A model generated the notes under the pieces. The model was not told the DNA's origin, ran no database searches, and saw only the letters and a program-made list of their open reading frames with translations. This document shows positions 20,144 to 29,286 of a DNA stretch of 60,243 nt, piece by piece. This DNA is from Candidatus Acidiferrum sp. GTDB taxonomy: Bacteria > Acidobacteriota > Terriglobia > Acidiferrales > UBA7541. Location of the stretch: positions 1 to 60,243 of the forward strand of contig DATMLZ010000006.1 of NCBI GenBank assembly GCA_035569955.1. The letters run 5' to 3'. Each line of letters begins with the position of its first letter. Within the stretch, counting starts at the first letter, position 1. A program made the position numbers and the translations under genes.

Positions 20144-21256
20144 ATGAATTGGCGTGGTCTGGTCATCGGCGCATCAACGCTAGTTGCGATTGTGGCGGTC
20201 GGTTTTTCAAGCGTTTCGATCTTGGCTCAGAATCAGGCCGGCGCTCCGGCGGCGCAAGCTTCGAACGCGCAGACGCTCCCTGTCTGGGCCTACCCGGTTC
20301 CTCCGGGCCGCGGGCCCGGTGGTGGAGGCGGCCGAGGTCCCGGCGGCGGTGTGCCGGGCGGCGCACCAGCTGGCGCACGCGGCCCCGCGCCTGCTCCCGG
20401 CCGCGCTCCGGATGACGGTTCACTGAAGCACGTACCAGGGAGCTCGGCAGGATTCACCGCAACGTACATCGCCGACCTTTTCTCGGTTCCCGATTGGTTC
20501 CCCGACACGCACCCGGCGATGCCGGACGTCGTTGCGCACGGCAACAAACAGGGCGCCGGGCCCGTGCAAGCTTGCGGATATTGCCATTTGCCCAATGGTC
20601 AGGGCCGTCCGGAAAACGAAAGTGTCGCCGGCCTTCCCGCGGGCTATATCCTTCAGCAAATCGCCGATTTCAAAAACGGCCTGCGCAAAAGCTCCGAGCC
20701 GCGAATGGGTTCGGTGGCTCTCATGGTGCGGATTGGGACCAACGTGAGCGACGACGACGCAAAGGCCGCTGCAACGTATTTCTCTACGATCAAATTGAAG
20801 CCGTGGATTCGCGTGGTGGAGACCGACACGGTGCCTGTGACTCGTCCCAATGGCGGCATGCTCAACGTAGTCGATGGCGGAGGCAACGAGCCGATTGGCG
20901 AGCGCGTGATCGAAGTACCCGAGGACCTTGAACGGACCGAATTGCGCGATTCGAGCTCCGGCTTCGCGGCTTACGTGCCGAAGGGCAGCCTCGCAAAAGG
21001 CAAAGAGCTTGTGACGAACGGCGGCAACGGCAAAACGATCCGCTGCTCGATCTGCCACGGCGCTGATTTGAAGGGCATCGGTAATGTGCCATCCATTGCG
21101 GGCCGTTCACCGAGCCAGATGACGCGCCAACTGATCGACATTCAAACCGGCGCGCGCAATGGCCCGTACACGCAATTGATGAAGGAGCCTGTGCGGCAGC
21201 TCGGCAGCGACGATATCGTGAACATCGTGTCCTACCTGGCGTCGTTGCAGCCGTAA
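20144..21256 (+). CDS. exported diheme c-type cytochrome (paralog B)
   Basis: CGYCH and CSICH. Start MNWRGLVIGASTLVAIVAV at ATG 20144 is preceded by GGAGAG. Collinear with paralog A, with long identical blocks (LPNGQGRPENES, KLKPWIRV.ETDTVPVTRP, NVPSIAGRSPSQM). Confidence 0.75.
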   Translation: MNWRGLVIGASTLVAIVAVGFSSVSILAQNQAGAPAAQASNAQTLPVWAYPVPPGRGPGGGGGRGPGGGVPGGAPAGARGPAPAPGRAPDDGSLKHVPGSSAGFTATYIADLFSVPDWFPDTHPAMPDVVAHGNKQGAGPVQACGYCHLPNGQGRPENESVAGLPAGYILQQIADFKNGLRKSSEPRMGSVALMVRIGTNVSDDDAKAAATYFSTIKLKPWIRVVETDTVPVTRPNGGMLNVVDGGGNEPIGERVIEVPEDLERTELRDSSSGFAAYVPKGSLAKGKELVTNGGNGKTIRCSICHGADLKGIGNVPSIAGRSPSQMTRQLIDIQTGARNGPYTQLMKEPVRQLGSDDIVNIVSYLASLQP

Positions 21257-21260
21257 GGAT

Positions 21261-22442
21261 CTACAGAACTTCGAGCAGCACCAGGGAAACGTCGTCAATC
21301 GGCGGGCCTTCGCGCCATGCCGCGACGCGATCGAGGATTCCCTGCTTCATTTCCGCAAGGGGGAGGTCTGCGGTTTCGCGTACGAATTTTTGAACGCCCT
21401 CCACGCCAAGCATTTCGCCTTGCGTGTCAAACACGTCCGTAATTCCGTCGGTATACAAAACGACGCGATCGCCGGGTTCCAAGTCCACCTCAATCGAGGG
21501 CTCTGCGCCAATCGCATTCGGCAGGGCGCCGAGCACCATGCTCCGCGACTCGAGCTGACGCGGCTCCTGCCCCGGCGAAACGACCATCACCGGCGGGTGA
21601 CCCGCTCCGGCAAATACCATTCTGCGCGCGCCTTGCTCGATCCGGACGGCCGCGAGCGTGAACATGAAGACGCTGCCGCCGATTGTCTGCAGAAAAAAGC
21701 GATTCAGTTCGTGGAGCATTTCACCGAGCGGCGTACCGGTCTGCAATAGCGCCATCGTCTCGGTGTAGATGCGGTTGGCTACAAGCGCTGAGCCGATGCC
21801 GTGGCCGGAAACGTCGCAAACCAGCAAATTGAGGTGGCCGTCGCGGGGGCTGACGAGCCCGAAGTCTCCGCCGATCGTACGCACCGGGTGGTAGTAAGCC
21901 TCGACACGGGTGCCTCCCCATAGCAGCGAGTCAGGCGCGAGGCTTTGCTGGACGCGCGCCGCAAGCGCCAAGTCTTCCTCGATTTCCTGCTGGCGCTGCT
22001 CGAGACGCTGGTTTGCATCGCGCAATTCCGATTCGGCGCGCTTCTGGTCGGAGATGTCTGTGAACGTGACGATGGCAAACTCGCCGCCATCGGGGTCTTC
22101 GAGCCGGCGCACGCTGATAATGACGGGCATGCGGCTGCCATCTTTCCTGGGCAGCACGAATTCGAAGCGGTTGGTCCCGCCGAGCGAGCGCGCTTCCTGG
22201 TTCAGGATGACTTGATACTCTTCGGGAGAATAAAAGTAAGACGCGGGCCGACCTTCGATCTCACTCTTGGGATTGCCGATCATCTCCGAGAGGCAGGAAT
22301 TTACGTAGAGAATCTGGTGGCAGCTGTCGCCGACGAGCACACCCTCATTGAGGGTCTCGAAAATCGTTTCCATTTGGAGAAGCCAGTCCGGCTTTTCAAG
22401 TTCCATGGAGTTGCTTTCGTACGAGCGGCCTATGCGAATCAT
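21261..22442 (-). CDS. PAS-domain-containing PP2C/SpoIIE-family serine phosphatase
   Basis: N-terminal PAS-like segment (LNEGVLVGD...FEFVLPRKDGSRMPVIISV), a coiled coil, then VRTIGGDFG...LLVCDVSGHGIGSAL...GAGHPP...LYTDG, typical of RsbU/SpoIIE phosphatases. Confidence 0.8.
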   Translation of the reverse strand: MIRIGRSYESNSMELEKPDWLLQMETIFETLNEGVLVGDSCHQILYVNSCLSEMIGNPKSEIEGRPASYFYSPEEYQVILNQEARSLGGTNRFEFVLPRKDGSRMPVIISVRRLEDPDGGEFAIVTFTDISDQKRAESELRDANQRLEQRQQEIEEDLALAARVQQSLAPDSLLWGGTRVEAYYHPVRTIGGDFGLVSPRDGHLNLLVCDVSGHGIGSALVANRIYTETMALLQTGTPLGEMLHELNRFFLQTIGGSVFMFTLAAVRIEQGARRMVFAGAGHPPVMVVSPGQEPRQLESRSMVLGALPNAIGAEPSIEVDLEPGDRVVLYTDGITDVFDTQGEMLGVEGVQKFVRETADLPLAEMKQGILDRVAAWREGPPIDDVSLVLLEVL

Positions 22443-22570
22443 TCTAGCGGATTCGTGCGATCGGCGTGACAGTTTCCGAAGCGTATGGCAGGCAATTAGA
22501 ACGAGCCGCGCGATGGGTTAGACTGAACGTCTCGGGCGCCTACAAATGGTCTGAGGGTCACAAGCGAACG

Positions 22571-23938
22571 ATGTTCATGAATGGAAAAAACCGACCGCCG
22601 GGGCCGAAGGGACTGCCGTTTCTGGGCATCGCGCTTTCGGTGCGCGCTAATCCTCTCGGCGTGCTGACGACGGTGGCTCGCAAGTACGGGGATATCGTTC
22701 GCTTCATTGTCGCAGGCCAGGAACGGGTCCTGCTCAATCATCCCGATTTCATCGAGCAAGTTCTCGTAGTGCAGCAGGCCAAGTTTCACAAAAGCGAGCT
22801 CACACGCCGGGTCACGGGTCGTCTGCTTGGCCAGGGATTGTTGATCAGCGAAGGTGACTTCTGGCGCAGGCAGCGAAGGCTCGCCCAGCCCTCGTTTCAC
22901 CGCAGCCGGATCAACGAATACGGCGCGCCCATGACGGAAAACGCCGAAGCGTGGATTCGGCGCTGGCGGGATGGAGACAAGCGCGATCTTGCGAGCGAGA
23001 TGATGCAGCTTACGCTCGGTATCGCCGTGCGAACGCTTTTCGGCACCACGCTTCCCGGCGAGGCGCAGCATGTGGGCGAAGCGCTCGAATTTCTGATGCG
23101 CTACCAGCTGTGGCGGCAGCGTTCGCCGTTACGCTTGCCCGAAACATGGCCGACGCCAAAAAACCGGCGCGCCATTCGCGAACTCGACTTTCTCAATTCG
23201 CTCGTCTACCGGATCATCGAGGAGCGGCGGTCGCTGCACGGCGAAGGCAACGACTTGCTCTCGCTGTTGATGAGCGCGATGGACGACGACGGCTCACAAA
23301 TGACACCGCAGCAATTGCGTGACGAAACCATGACCCTCTTTCTCGCCGGTCATGAAACCACGGCACTGCTGCTTGGCTGGACTTGGTATCTGCTTGCCGA
23401 AAACCGGGCGGCAGAAGACCGTTTGCACGAGGAGCTGAGCGGCGTCCTCGCTGGACGGACGCCGCAAGTGTCTGACCTGACGAGGCTTCCGTACCTGCAA
23501 GCTGTCCTTCAGGAGACCTTGCGGCTCTATCCGCCTGCCTACATTACGGCGCGGACGTCGATCGATTCATTCAGCCTGGGGGGTTACGATTTCGGGAAGG
23601 ATACGACCGTACTGATGGCCCAATGGGTCACGCATCGCGACGCGCGGTTTTTCGAAGCGCCAGAAGAGTTCCGCCCCGAGCGATGGCTTGAAGCAAAAGC
23701 CGGTGTGATCCTGCCGAGCGCCTACTTTCCCTTTGGAGATGGGCCGCGGCGGTGCATTGGACAGGGATTCGCGACGCTCGAAGCAGCGCTCGTCGTTGCC
23801 ACGATCGCGCAGAGATTTCGGCTGCGCCTCACGCCCGGACAAATCGTGCAGCCCGAGCCGCTGATCACGCTGCGGTTCAAGCACGGCTTGCGGATGAATA
23901 TTCACTCGCGCGACCGAAAGGATTCCGCTCAGCCGTAG
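22571..23938 (+). CDS. cytochrome P450
   Basis: Heme-thiolate loop FPFGDGPRRCIGQGFA, ETLR (ExxR) and AGHETT (I-helix). ORF 22466.. begins with GTG; ATG 22571 or 22577 is the more likely start. Confidence 0.85.
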   Translation: MFMNGKNRPPGPKGLPFLGIALSVRANPLGVLTTVARKYGDIVRFIVAGQERVLLNHPDFIEQVLVVQQAKFHKSELTRRVTGRLLGQGLLISEGDFWRRQRRLAQPSFHRSRINEYGAPMTENAEAWIRRWRDGDKRDLASEMMQLTLGIAVRTLFGTTLPGEAQHVGEALEFLMRYQLWRQRSPLRLPETWPTPKNRRAIRELDFLNSLVYRIIEERRSLHGEGNDLLSLLMSAMDDDGSQMTPQQLRDETMTLFLAGHETTALLLGWTWYLLAENRAAEDRLHEELSGVLAGRTPQVSDLTRLPYLQAVLQETLRLYPPAYITARTSIDSFSLGGYDFGKDTTVLMAQWVTHRDARFFEAPEEFRPERWLEAKAGVILPSAYFPFGDGPRRCIGQGFATLEAALVVATIAQRFRLRLTPGQIVQPEPLITLRFKHGLRMNIHSRDRKDSAQP

Positions 23939-24792
23939 GAATAGAAGCCGCGACCGGATTTTCTGCCGAGGCGTCCGGCAGAGACGTATTCCTTGAGCAA
24001 CGGGCAGGCGCGATATTTTGCTTCGCCGCCGAATCCTTTTTCGAGAACGCCCATAATATCCACGCACACGTCGAGCCCGATGAAATCGGCGAGCTCAAGC
24101 GGGCCCATCGGATGATTCATGCCGAGCTTCATCACGGCGTCGATGGCTTGAGGCGTGGCTACGCCTTCCATAACTGCAAATGCGGCTTCGTTGATCATCG
24201 GCATCAGGACGCGATTGGAGACAAATCCCGGGGAGTCGTTGACGGCCACGGGTTTTTTGCCGAGCGATTCGCAGAGGGTCATAGTAACGCGAAAGGTATC
24301 GTCGCTCGTAGTCCTGCCTCGCACGACTTCCACAAGCACCATCACCGGCACCGGATTCATGAAGTGCATGCCGAGAAAGCGCGCGGGACGGCTCGTTTGC
24401 GCGGCCAGCTCTGTGATTGAAATCGACGACGTGTTCGAAGCGAGAATTACGTGAGGCGCGAGCACCGCGTCTGCTTCCTTCAGCACGCTGACCTTCACGT
24501 CGAGTTGTTCGGGCACAGCTTCCACAGCGAAATCGGCGCCGGCCAGCGCGCTTGCGTCGGTCACTGGCCGGATCCTTGCGAGGCTTGCGGCTTTTTCACT
24601 TTCGGCGATTTTGCCCTTTTTCGCTTCGCGCTCGAGATTCGCTCCGATCGTGGCGATGGCCCGCTCGAGCGCTTCCTGGTTCACATCTCGCAGGATCACG
24701 TTATAACCGCTGCGCGCGAAAACGTGCGCGATCCCATTGCCCATCGTGCCGGCGCCGAGGACCGCGACTGTTTTTATATTGTCTGTGGACAT
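23929..24792 (-). CDS. hbd: 3-hydroxybutyryl-CoA / 3-hydroxyacyl-CoA dehydrogenase
   Basis: VAVLGAGTMGNGIAHV Rossmann motif, NTSS, GMHFMNPVP and a C-terminal dimerisation domain. Its 3' end overlaps the P450 3' end by 10 nt (convergent). Confidence 0.85.
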   Translation of the reverse strand: MSTDNIKTVAVLGAGTMGNGIAHVFARSGYNVILRDVNQEALERAIATIGANLEREAKKGKIAESEKAASLARIRPVTDASALAGADFAVEAVPEQLDVKVSVLKEADAVLAPHVILASNTSSISITELAAQTSRPARFLGMHFMNPVPVMVLVEVVRGRTTSDDTFRVTMTLCESLGKKPVAVNDSPGFVSNRVLMPMINEAAFAVMEGVATPQAIDAVMKLGMNHPMGPLELADFIGLDVCVDIMGVLEKGFGGEAKYRACPLLKEYVSAGRLGRKSGRGFYSYG

Positions 24793-24842
24793 GCTGGGAT
24801 GATAACGAAAGCGACTGCCGGAAAGAAGGAGCCTACTGCGGA

Positions 24843-25580
24843 TTATTGCATCGGAGTGCCTTCTTCAATTTCGCGAACGACCTCGCGGGCGCGCTTTTCG
24901 GCCGGCGGCATTACGTAAAGTTCGGTCTTGCCGGAGTTCTGTTTCAGCACGCAGCCAATGCCAACGTTCGAAAGACAATCCTTGAAGATCGGCCCCATTT
25001 GCGAATCTTCGCCAGACCAGATCAGAACGGTGGCTTCTTCGGGGTCGAAATTCTCGACGTAGTCATTCGGAATCGACTCCTCATCAGCTTCGCCTCGAAC
25101 GCTCTGTTCCACCGTCTGTTCTTCGGGAGGGCGATTGAAAACGGGCTGTTGAAAATGGAACGGGTTCACCGTCGCGTTGCTTCGAGACAGCGCCTCGGTG
25201 GCTGTTTCGCTATTCTCGGAACTCTCATTCTCATCCGTTGCGGGCCTGGACCATCGTTCGGCAATCGCTTTCTGGGCTGCCTCGAGATCAGCGCTAGACA
25301 CTCGAATTTCATGCATCCCTCTGTGTATCGCGGGCAGAAGCACGGAGTCGGGCTGCTCGTCGATGTAATCAATATTTGCGTCGGCGAGCGCTCGACAGAC
25401 AAGGTCGGCCAATCGGGGATCGACACCTGCCCACACAACCGCTGCCGTGTCGTTGTCCGACTGACGCGCCGAAGCGGCGGGAATGCCAGCTTCATCGAGG
25501 GATGGGACCAGGTCCACATCGCAGTCTGCGCAGTGCGTAAAGCCCGGGCGGTATTCCGCATGGCAAACGGGGCAAAACAT
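24843..25580 (-). CDS. zinc-ribbon protein with two DUF2007-like modules and an acidic linker
   Basis: MFCPVCHAEYRPGFTHCADCDVDL, then two alpha/beta-looking modules (VVWAGVDPRLADLVCRALADANIDY...; VLIWSGEDSQMGPIFKDCLSNVGIGC...). The family name is from memory and was not searched. Confidence 0.5.
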   Translation of the reverse strand: MFCPVCHAEYRPGFTHCADCDVDLVPSLDEAGIPAASARQSDNDTAAVVWAGVDPRLADLVCRALADANIDYIDEQPDSVLLPAIHRGMHEIRVSSADLEAAQKAIAERWSRPATDENESSENSETATEALSRSNATVNPFHFQQPVFNRPPEEQTVEQSVRGEADEESIPNDYVENFDPEEATVLIWSGEDSQMGPIFKDCLSNVGIGCVLKQNSGKTELYVMPPAEKRAREVVREIEEGTPMQ

Positions 25581-25774
25581 GGCGTGGATCTTAGACTGCC
25601 GAGGCCGATCGGCGCCAGCGCGATGGGCGCGAAAAAAGGAAGGCGTAAGCTCGCGCAGTCCCAGAACCTGGTTTTAGTACGTATGGCTCTTTCGATTCTC
25701 CCGAATATGCCTTGTGCGTTCGTCGAATCTGATGTACTTTTCGGCGCACTGAAGCATGTGTAACGTGCCTTAGC

Positions 25775-26533
25775 GTGAAGGTACGGGGTGACGCCATTTC
25801 AAAGTTTCTTGGGCCCTTCGCCATTCTTGCCGCTGTTCTTCTCGTCTCTGGTATTGTGTGCGCCCAGTCCACCGATACCGAGGACAATGCCTTTGCCGAT
25901 GCCTCCAGCCTGATTGCGGCGGATACGTCTGCGACGTTGCCGCCTCCGATTATTCCGAACCGGCCGGTCAAGGATCCCGGGACGAATTTCTACATTCGTC
26001 CGACACAGCAACAGAAATTCAGAAACTACGCGTGGAACGCGGTTGGTCCGGTTGCGTTCGCCGGAGCGTCTTTCGCCGGGGCGATTGATCAGGGATTCAA
26101 TTTCCCGCGCCCGTGGCATCAAGGCGCGGGCGCCTACGGCCAGCGCGTGGCAAGCAACCTCGGGATCAGTATGGTCACTGCGACGGCGCAATATTCGATC
26201 GCCGAGGTCTTTCACGAAGACACGGCGTACTATCGCTGCTTGTGCGACGGGTTCGTCCACCGGTTTATGCACGCGGCCTATTCGAGCGTCGCGTCACGCC
26301 GCGGCAGCGACGGCCACATGGCATTCTCTCCCGCGCTGACGATTTCCCCCTTCATCGGTCCGATGGTTGCCGCAAACGCGTGGATTCCCAGTCACAACGG
26401 TCCGACTCTCGGCTTTCACATGGGCGAGCACAATCTGATGGGTCAGTTCGCTCAGAACGAGGCGCTTGAGTTTGTCTACGGCGGGCCGAATACGATTTTG
26501 GGACGGCTGCAGCGCCGCTTCTTCAAGAAATAA
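25775..26533 (+). CDS. hypothetical exported protein
   Basis: GTG start with a signal-peptide-like FLGPFAILAAVLLVSGIVCAQS. No recognisable motif. Confidence 0.5.
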   Translation: MKVRGDAISKFLGPFAILAAVLLVSGIVCAQSTDTEDNAFADASSLIAADTSATLPPPIIPNRPVKDPGTNFYIRPTQQQKFRNYAWNAVGPVAFAGASFAGAIDQGFNFPRPWHQGAGAYGQRVASNLGISMVTATAQYSIAEVFHEDTAYYRCLCDGFVHRFMHAAYSSVASRRGSDGHMAFSPALTISPFIGPMVAANAWIPSHNGPTLGFHMGEHNLMGQFAQNEALEFVYGGPNTILGRLQRRFFKK

Positions 26534-26557
26534 GCAAGCCGGCTTTCAATTTCCGCG

Positions 26558-27751
26558 TCACATTCTTTCAACGGCGAGCCCCACAGCGTTGCCTCCGCCT
26601 AAGCACAGCGCGGCGATTCCGCGTTTCAGATTGCGCCGCTGCAATTCATAAAGCAAGGTGACCAGGACGCGCGCGCCCGAGGCTCCGATGGGATGTCCGA
26701 GTGCGACCGCGCCACCGTTTACATTCACTTTCTCGGGATTAAGCTTCAGCTCGCGCGTCACAGCGATTGCGGCAACCGAAAACGCTTCATTCAGTTCATA
26801 GAGGTCAACATCTTTATCGCGATCCCAGCCCGCTTTTTGCAGCAATTTCTCGACGGCTTCGACCGGCGCCATCATCACCCATTGCGGCTCAACGCCGCTG
26901 GTTGCTTGCGCAACAATTCGCGCCATCGGCTGCTTTCCGAGCCGCGCGGCGGTTCGCTCAGTTGTGACAACGACTGCGGCCGCGCCGTCGTTGGTGCCGG
27001 GCGCGTTGCCGGCGGTTACTGTGCCGTCTTTTTTGAACGCCGGCCGCAGTTTTGCGAGGGCGTCCAAGGATGTATCCTGGCGCGGCGATTCGTCCGTTTT
27101 TACGACGACGGCTTCGCCCTTCTTTTGAGGAATCTCCACGGGCACAATCTGATCGGCAAAGAAGCATGACTTGATTGCGCGCACCGCTTTGCGGTGGCTT
27201 TCAACGGCAAACTGGTCCTGCTCCTCGCGCGATATGGAGTACTTTTCGGCAACGAGTTCTGCCGTTTGCCCCATGTGGTAATTGCCGTACACGTCCCAGA
27301 GGCCGTCAACGATCATGGCGTCGAGGACTTCCTGATTCCCGAGCCGGTAGCCGGATCGTGCGCCTTTGAGCAGATAGGGGCAGTTCGACATCGACTCCAT
27401 GCCGCCTGCCACAACGATTTCTGAGTCGCCGAGCAGCACGCCCTGCACGGCAAGGCCGACCGCTTTAAGCCCCGAGCCGCAGACCTTGTTGATCGTCATC
27501 GCGGCCACGCGGGGATTGAGTCCCCCGCGCAAAGCGGCTTGCCTGGCGGGATTCTGTCCAAGGCCGGCCTGCACCACGTTACCCATGATCGTTTCGTCGA
27601 TCTGCTCGGGATCGATGCCAGCACGACGCACGACTTCAGCGACAACTTTGGCGCCCAGATCCGGCGCGGATAGCGACGCAAGGCCTCCGAGAAACTTGCC
27701 AATTGGCGTGCGGGCCGCGCTCAAGATGACGGCTTGTTCGGTGTGCGCCAT
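26558..27751 (-). CDS. acetyl-CoA C-acetyltransferase (thiolase II)
   Basis: [19 protein letters not shown] (active-site Cys), [17 protein letters not shown] and [14 protein letters not shown] sits 7 nt upstream of the ATG. Confidence 0.9.
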   Translation of the reverse strand: MAHTEQAVILSAARTPIGKFLGGLASLSAPDLGAKVVAEVVRRAGIDPEQIDETIMGNVVQAGLGQNPARQAALRGGLNPRVAAMTINKVCGSGLKAVGLAVQGVLLGDSEIVVAGGMESMSNCPYLLKGARSGYRLGNQEVLDAMIVDGLWDVYGNYHMGQTAELVAEKYSISREEQDQFAVESHRKAVRAIKSCFFADQIVPVEIPQKKGEAVVVKTDESPRQDTSLDALAKLRPAFKKDGTVTAGNAPGTNDGAAAVVVTTERTAARLGKQPMARIVAQATSGVEPQWVMMAPVEAVEKLLQKAGWDRDKDVDLYELNEAFSVAAIAVTRELKLNPEKVNVNGGAVALGHPIGASGARVLVTLLYELQRRNLKRGIAALCLGGGNAVGLAVERM

Positions 27752-27789
27752 ATGGATGCTCCTTTGGCGGGTGAAAAGGGTCTACGGGC

Positions 27790-27817
27790 AGTATAGCGCG
27801 GCCATGAAGGCGGTCAA
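27790..27817 (-). promoter_or_regulatory. candidate sigma70-type promoter for the thiolase gene (TTGACC-N16-TATACT)
   Basis: Minus strand reads TTGACC gccttcatggccgcgc TATACT. The -10 hexamer ends 38 nt upstream of the thiolase ATG. The -35 hexamer is the reverse complement of the start of repeat core A. Confidence 0.4.
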
Positions 27818-27863
27818 TTTGCCGCAGGGTTAGGTTACAGGGCGGGGAAAAGTGATACACCCC
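27813..27863 (+). repeat. repeat copy A: core GTCAATTTGCCGCAG plus right arm only
   Basis: Core at 27813-27827. The right arm GGTTAGGTTACAGGGCGGGGAAAAGTGATACACCCC closely matches both arms of copy B. No complementary left arm is present. Confidence 0.75.
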
Positions 27864-27892
27864 GGACGCCCCTTAATTCACAACTCTGACGG

Positions 27893-28636
27893 TTATCCCG
27901 TCAGTTCTCGAATTATCCGGTGAACCGCGACCGTTTCGCGATCCAGGTCCGTGAGGCCACGCCCAAGCAAGACGATCTTGTGAAATAGAAAACTCATTCC
28001 GATCTTGCACAGGTCAATATCGTTCGAATCGTAGAAAACCAGGGTGGCAACTTCCCAAGGCTTCGCCAGACCGAAGTAGAAGTCGTCCCCTCCCCCGTAT
28101 TTTCCTTCGTCTGTTACAAACTGAAAGCCAACGCGGCCATTACTGAGATGGTAAGATCGCGCACTGCAAGCCGCCGCGTTTCGCAATACACGCCGCTCGG
28201 TGATCCAAATCCAAAGTCCAAGCCCGACTACGTAGAAAGGTGCGCGGAGCAATGCCCACGCCATTCCGACCGCTTCTGAATGAATAAAAGTCTCCAACAA
28301 GCTGAAACGCCAAAGGGTACCGTTGGCTGACGTTACGACAAGGAACGCTACGGCGAGAGCCGTTGGGACAAATAGCAGCCACAGACGCGCCGTCTCGACC
28401 CGGACGGCTAACTGATCGTGTTCAATTGTCAAATTGCGATCAAGGTCGCGGGCTTTTTGGGTGGTGCGGATGTAAAACACATCCTTGCGAGGATGCAGCG
28501 CAAAGCCGTAAGCAACTGCGGTTACGAACGCGATTGCCACGACAGCTTCGAGCGCCGGTTCGAGGGAGGGGAACAAAAGAGCCAAGCTGAGCGCCATCGC
28601 CCCGACAACGAACGTGCCAAAAGAACGCATCGCCAA
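27893..28636 (-). CDS. hypothetical 4-TM membrane protein with a C-terminal beta-rich domain (DUF3592-like impression)
   Basis: Four hydrophobic helices, then ...SARSYHLSNGRVGFQFVTDEGKYGGGDDFYFGLAKPWEVATLVFYD.... Low GC. Last gene of a 3-gene operon. Confidence 0.55.
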   Translation of the reverse strand: MAMRSFGTFVVGAMALSLALLFPSLEPALEAVVAIAFVTAVAYGFALHPRKDVFYIRTTQKARDLDRNLTIEHDQLAVRVETARLWLLFVPTALAVAFLVVTSANGTLWRFSLLETFIHSEAVGMAWALLRAPFYVVGLGLWIWITERRVLRNAAACSARSYHLSNGRVGFQFVTDEGKYGGGDDFYFGLAKPWEVATLVFYDSNDIDLCKIGMSFLFHKIVLLGRGLTDLDRETVAVHRIIRELTG

Positions 28637-28670
28637 ATGCTACAACCGTCTGTGTGTTTCGGCAGGTACT

Positions 28671-29276
28671 TTAATTCTCGTTGAACGGGAGCGTCGGAGC
28701 GAGGCCTCTACCAGCGCATTCCAGTGTCCTAAAAACATATCTGAAGAATGAGCCTGAATACCGATAGCGGCGGATACATCCGCAAATCTGATCGCGAATC
28801 CCATCTTCGCGGCCTCGCCAGCGAGACATAAAACTGTAGCGTTCGAGCCAGGTATCCACTGTGTATTGAATGAGTTCCATTAACCGATCTCTGGCGAGCA
28901 AGTTTCCTGATTGTGCGAGCCGGACCAGAGCTATTGCAATTCTGTCTCTAACCTGTAAATCCGCTGACTCCGCTTGTGCGACAAAAACGTACAGCTTGTC
29001 TCGATATTTATTTAGGATCAGCGAAATTTCACGTTGGTTTCTGCGAGTTCTGAGGAATTTAATTCGCGGTGTCCAGAGTCGTTGATACTTTGGCTCTAAA
29101 GCGTTTGTCACCGTGTCCCAATCAATAGCTCCGACTTTTGATCGGATATGTTTTCGGATGAAACGGTGACATTCAGGCGCATTTTTTATTACCCAAGAGC
29201 TGTTAATCACCCGCGCACCGCGACGACCTAGTTGAAAATACGAAAGGAAGAGGGAAAAAGCGACCACGAGGTACAT
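28671..29276 (-). CDS. hypothetical helical protein whose C-terminal half weakly resembles sigma70 region 2
   Basis: LLARDRLMELIQYTVDTWLERY...GREDGIRDQICGCIRRYRYSGSFFRYVFRTL resembles sigma region 2.1-2.4 spacing, but no region 4 follows. Hydrophobic N-terminus. 50% GC in the 120-nt hand count. Confidence 0.45.
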   Translation of the reverse strand: MYLVVAFSLFLSYFQLGRRGARVINSSWVIKNAPECHRFIRKHIRSKVGAIDWDTVTNALEPKYQRLWTPRIKFLRTRRNQREISLILNKYRDKLYVFVAQAESADLQVRDRIAIALVRLAQSGNLLARDRLMELIQYTVDTWLERYSFMSRWRGREDGIRDQICGCIRRYRYSGSFFRYVFRTLECAGRGLAPTLPFNEN

Positions 29277-29286
29277 TCAACGCTCT

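Noticed and set aside
27768-27787. ggcgggtgaaaagggtctac, which resembles part of the repeat arm (GGGCGGGGAAAAGTGATACAC), considered as an extra direct copy or target duplication.
   Set aside because: The match is short and imperfect, and it lies in the thiolase 5' UTR next to the RBS. Chance similarity in GC-rich DNA cannot be excluded.
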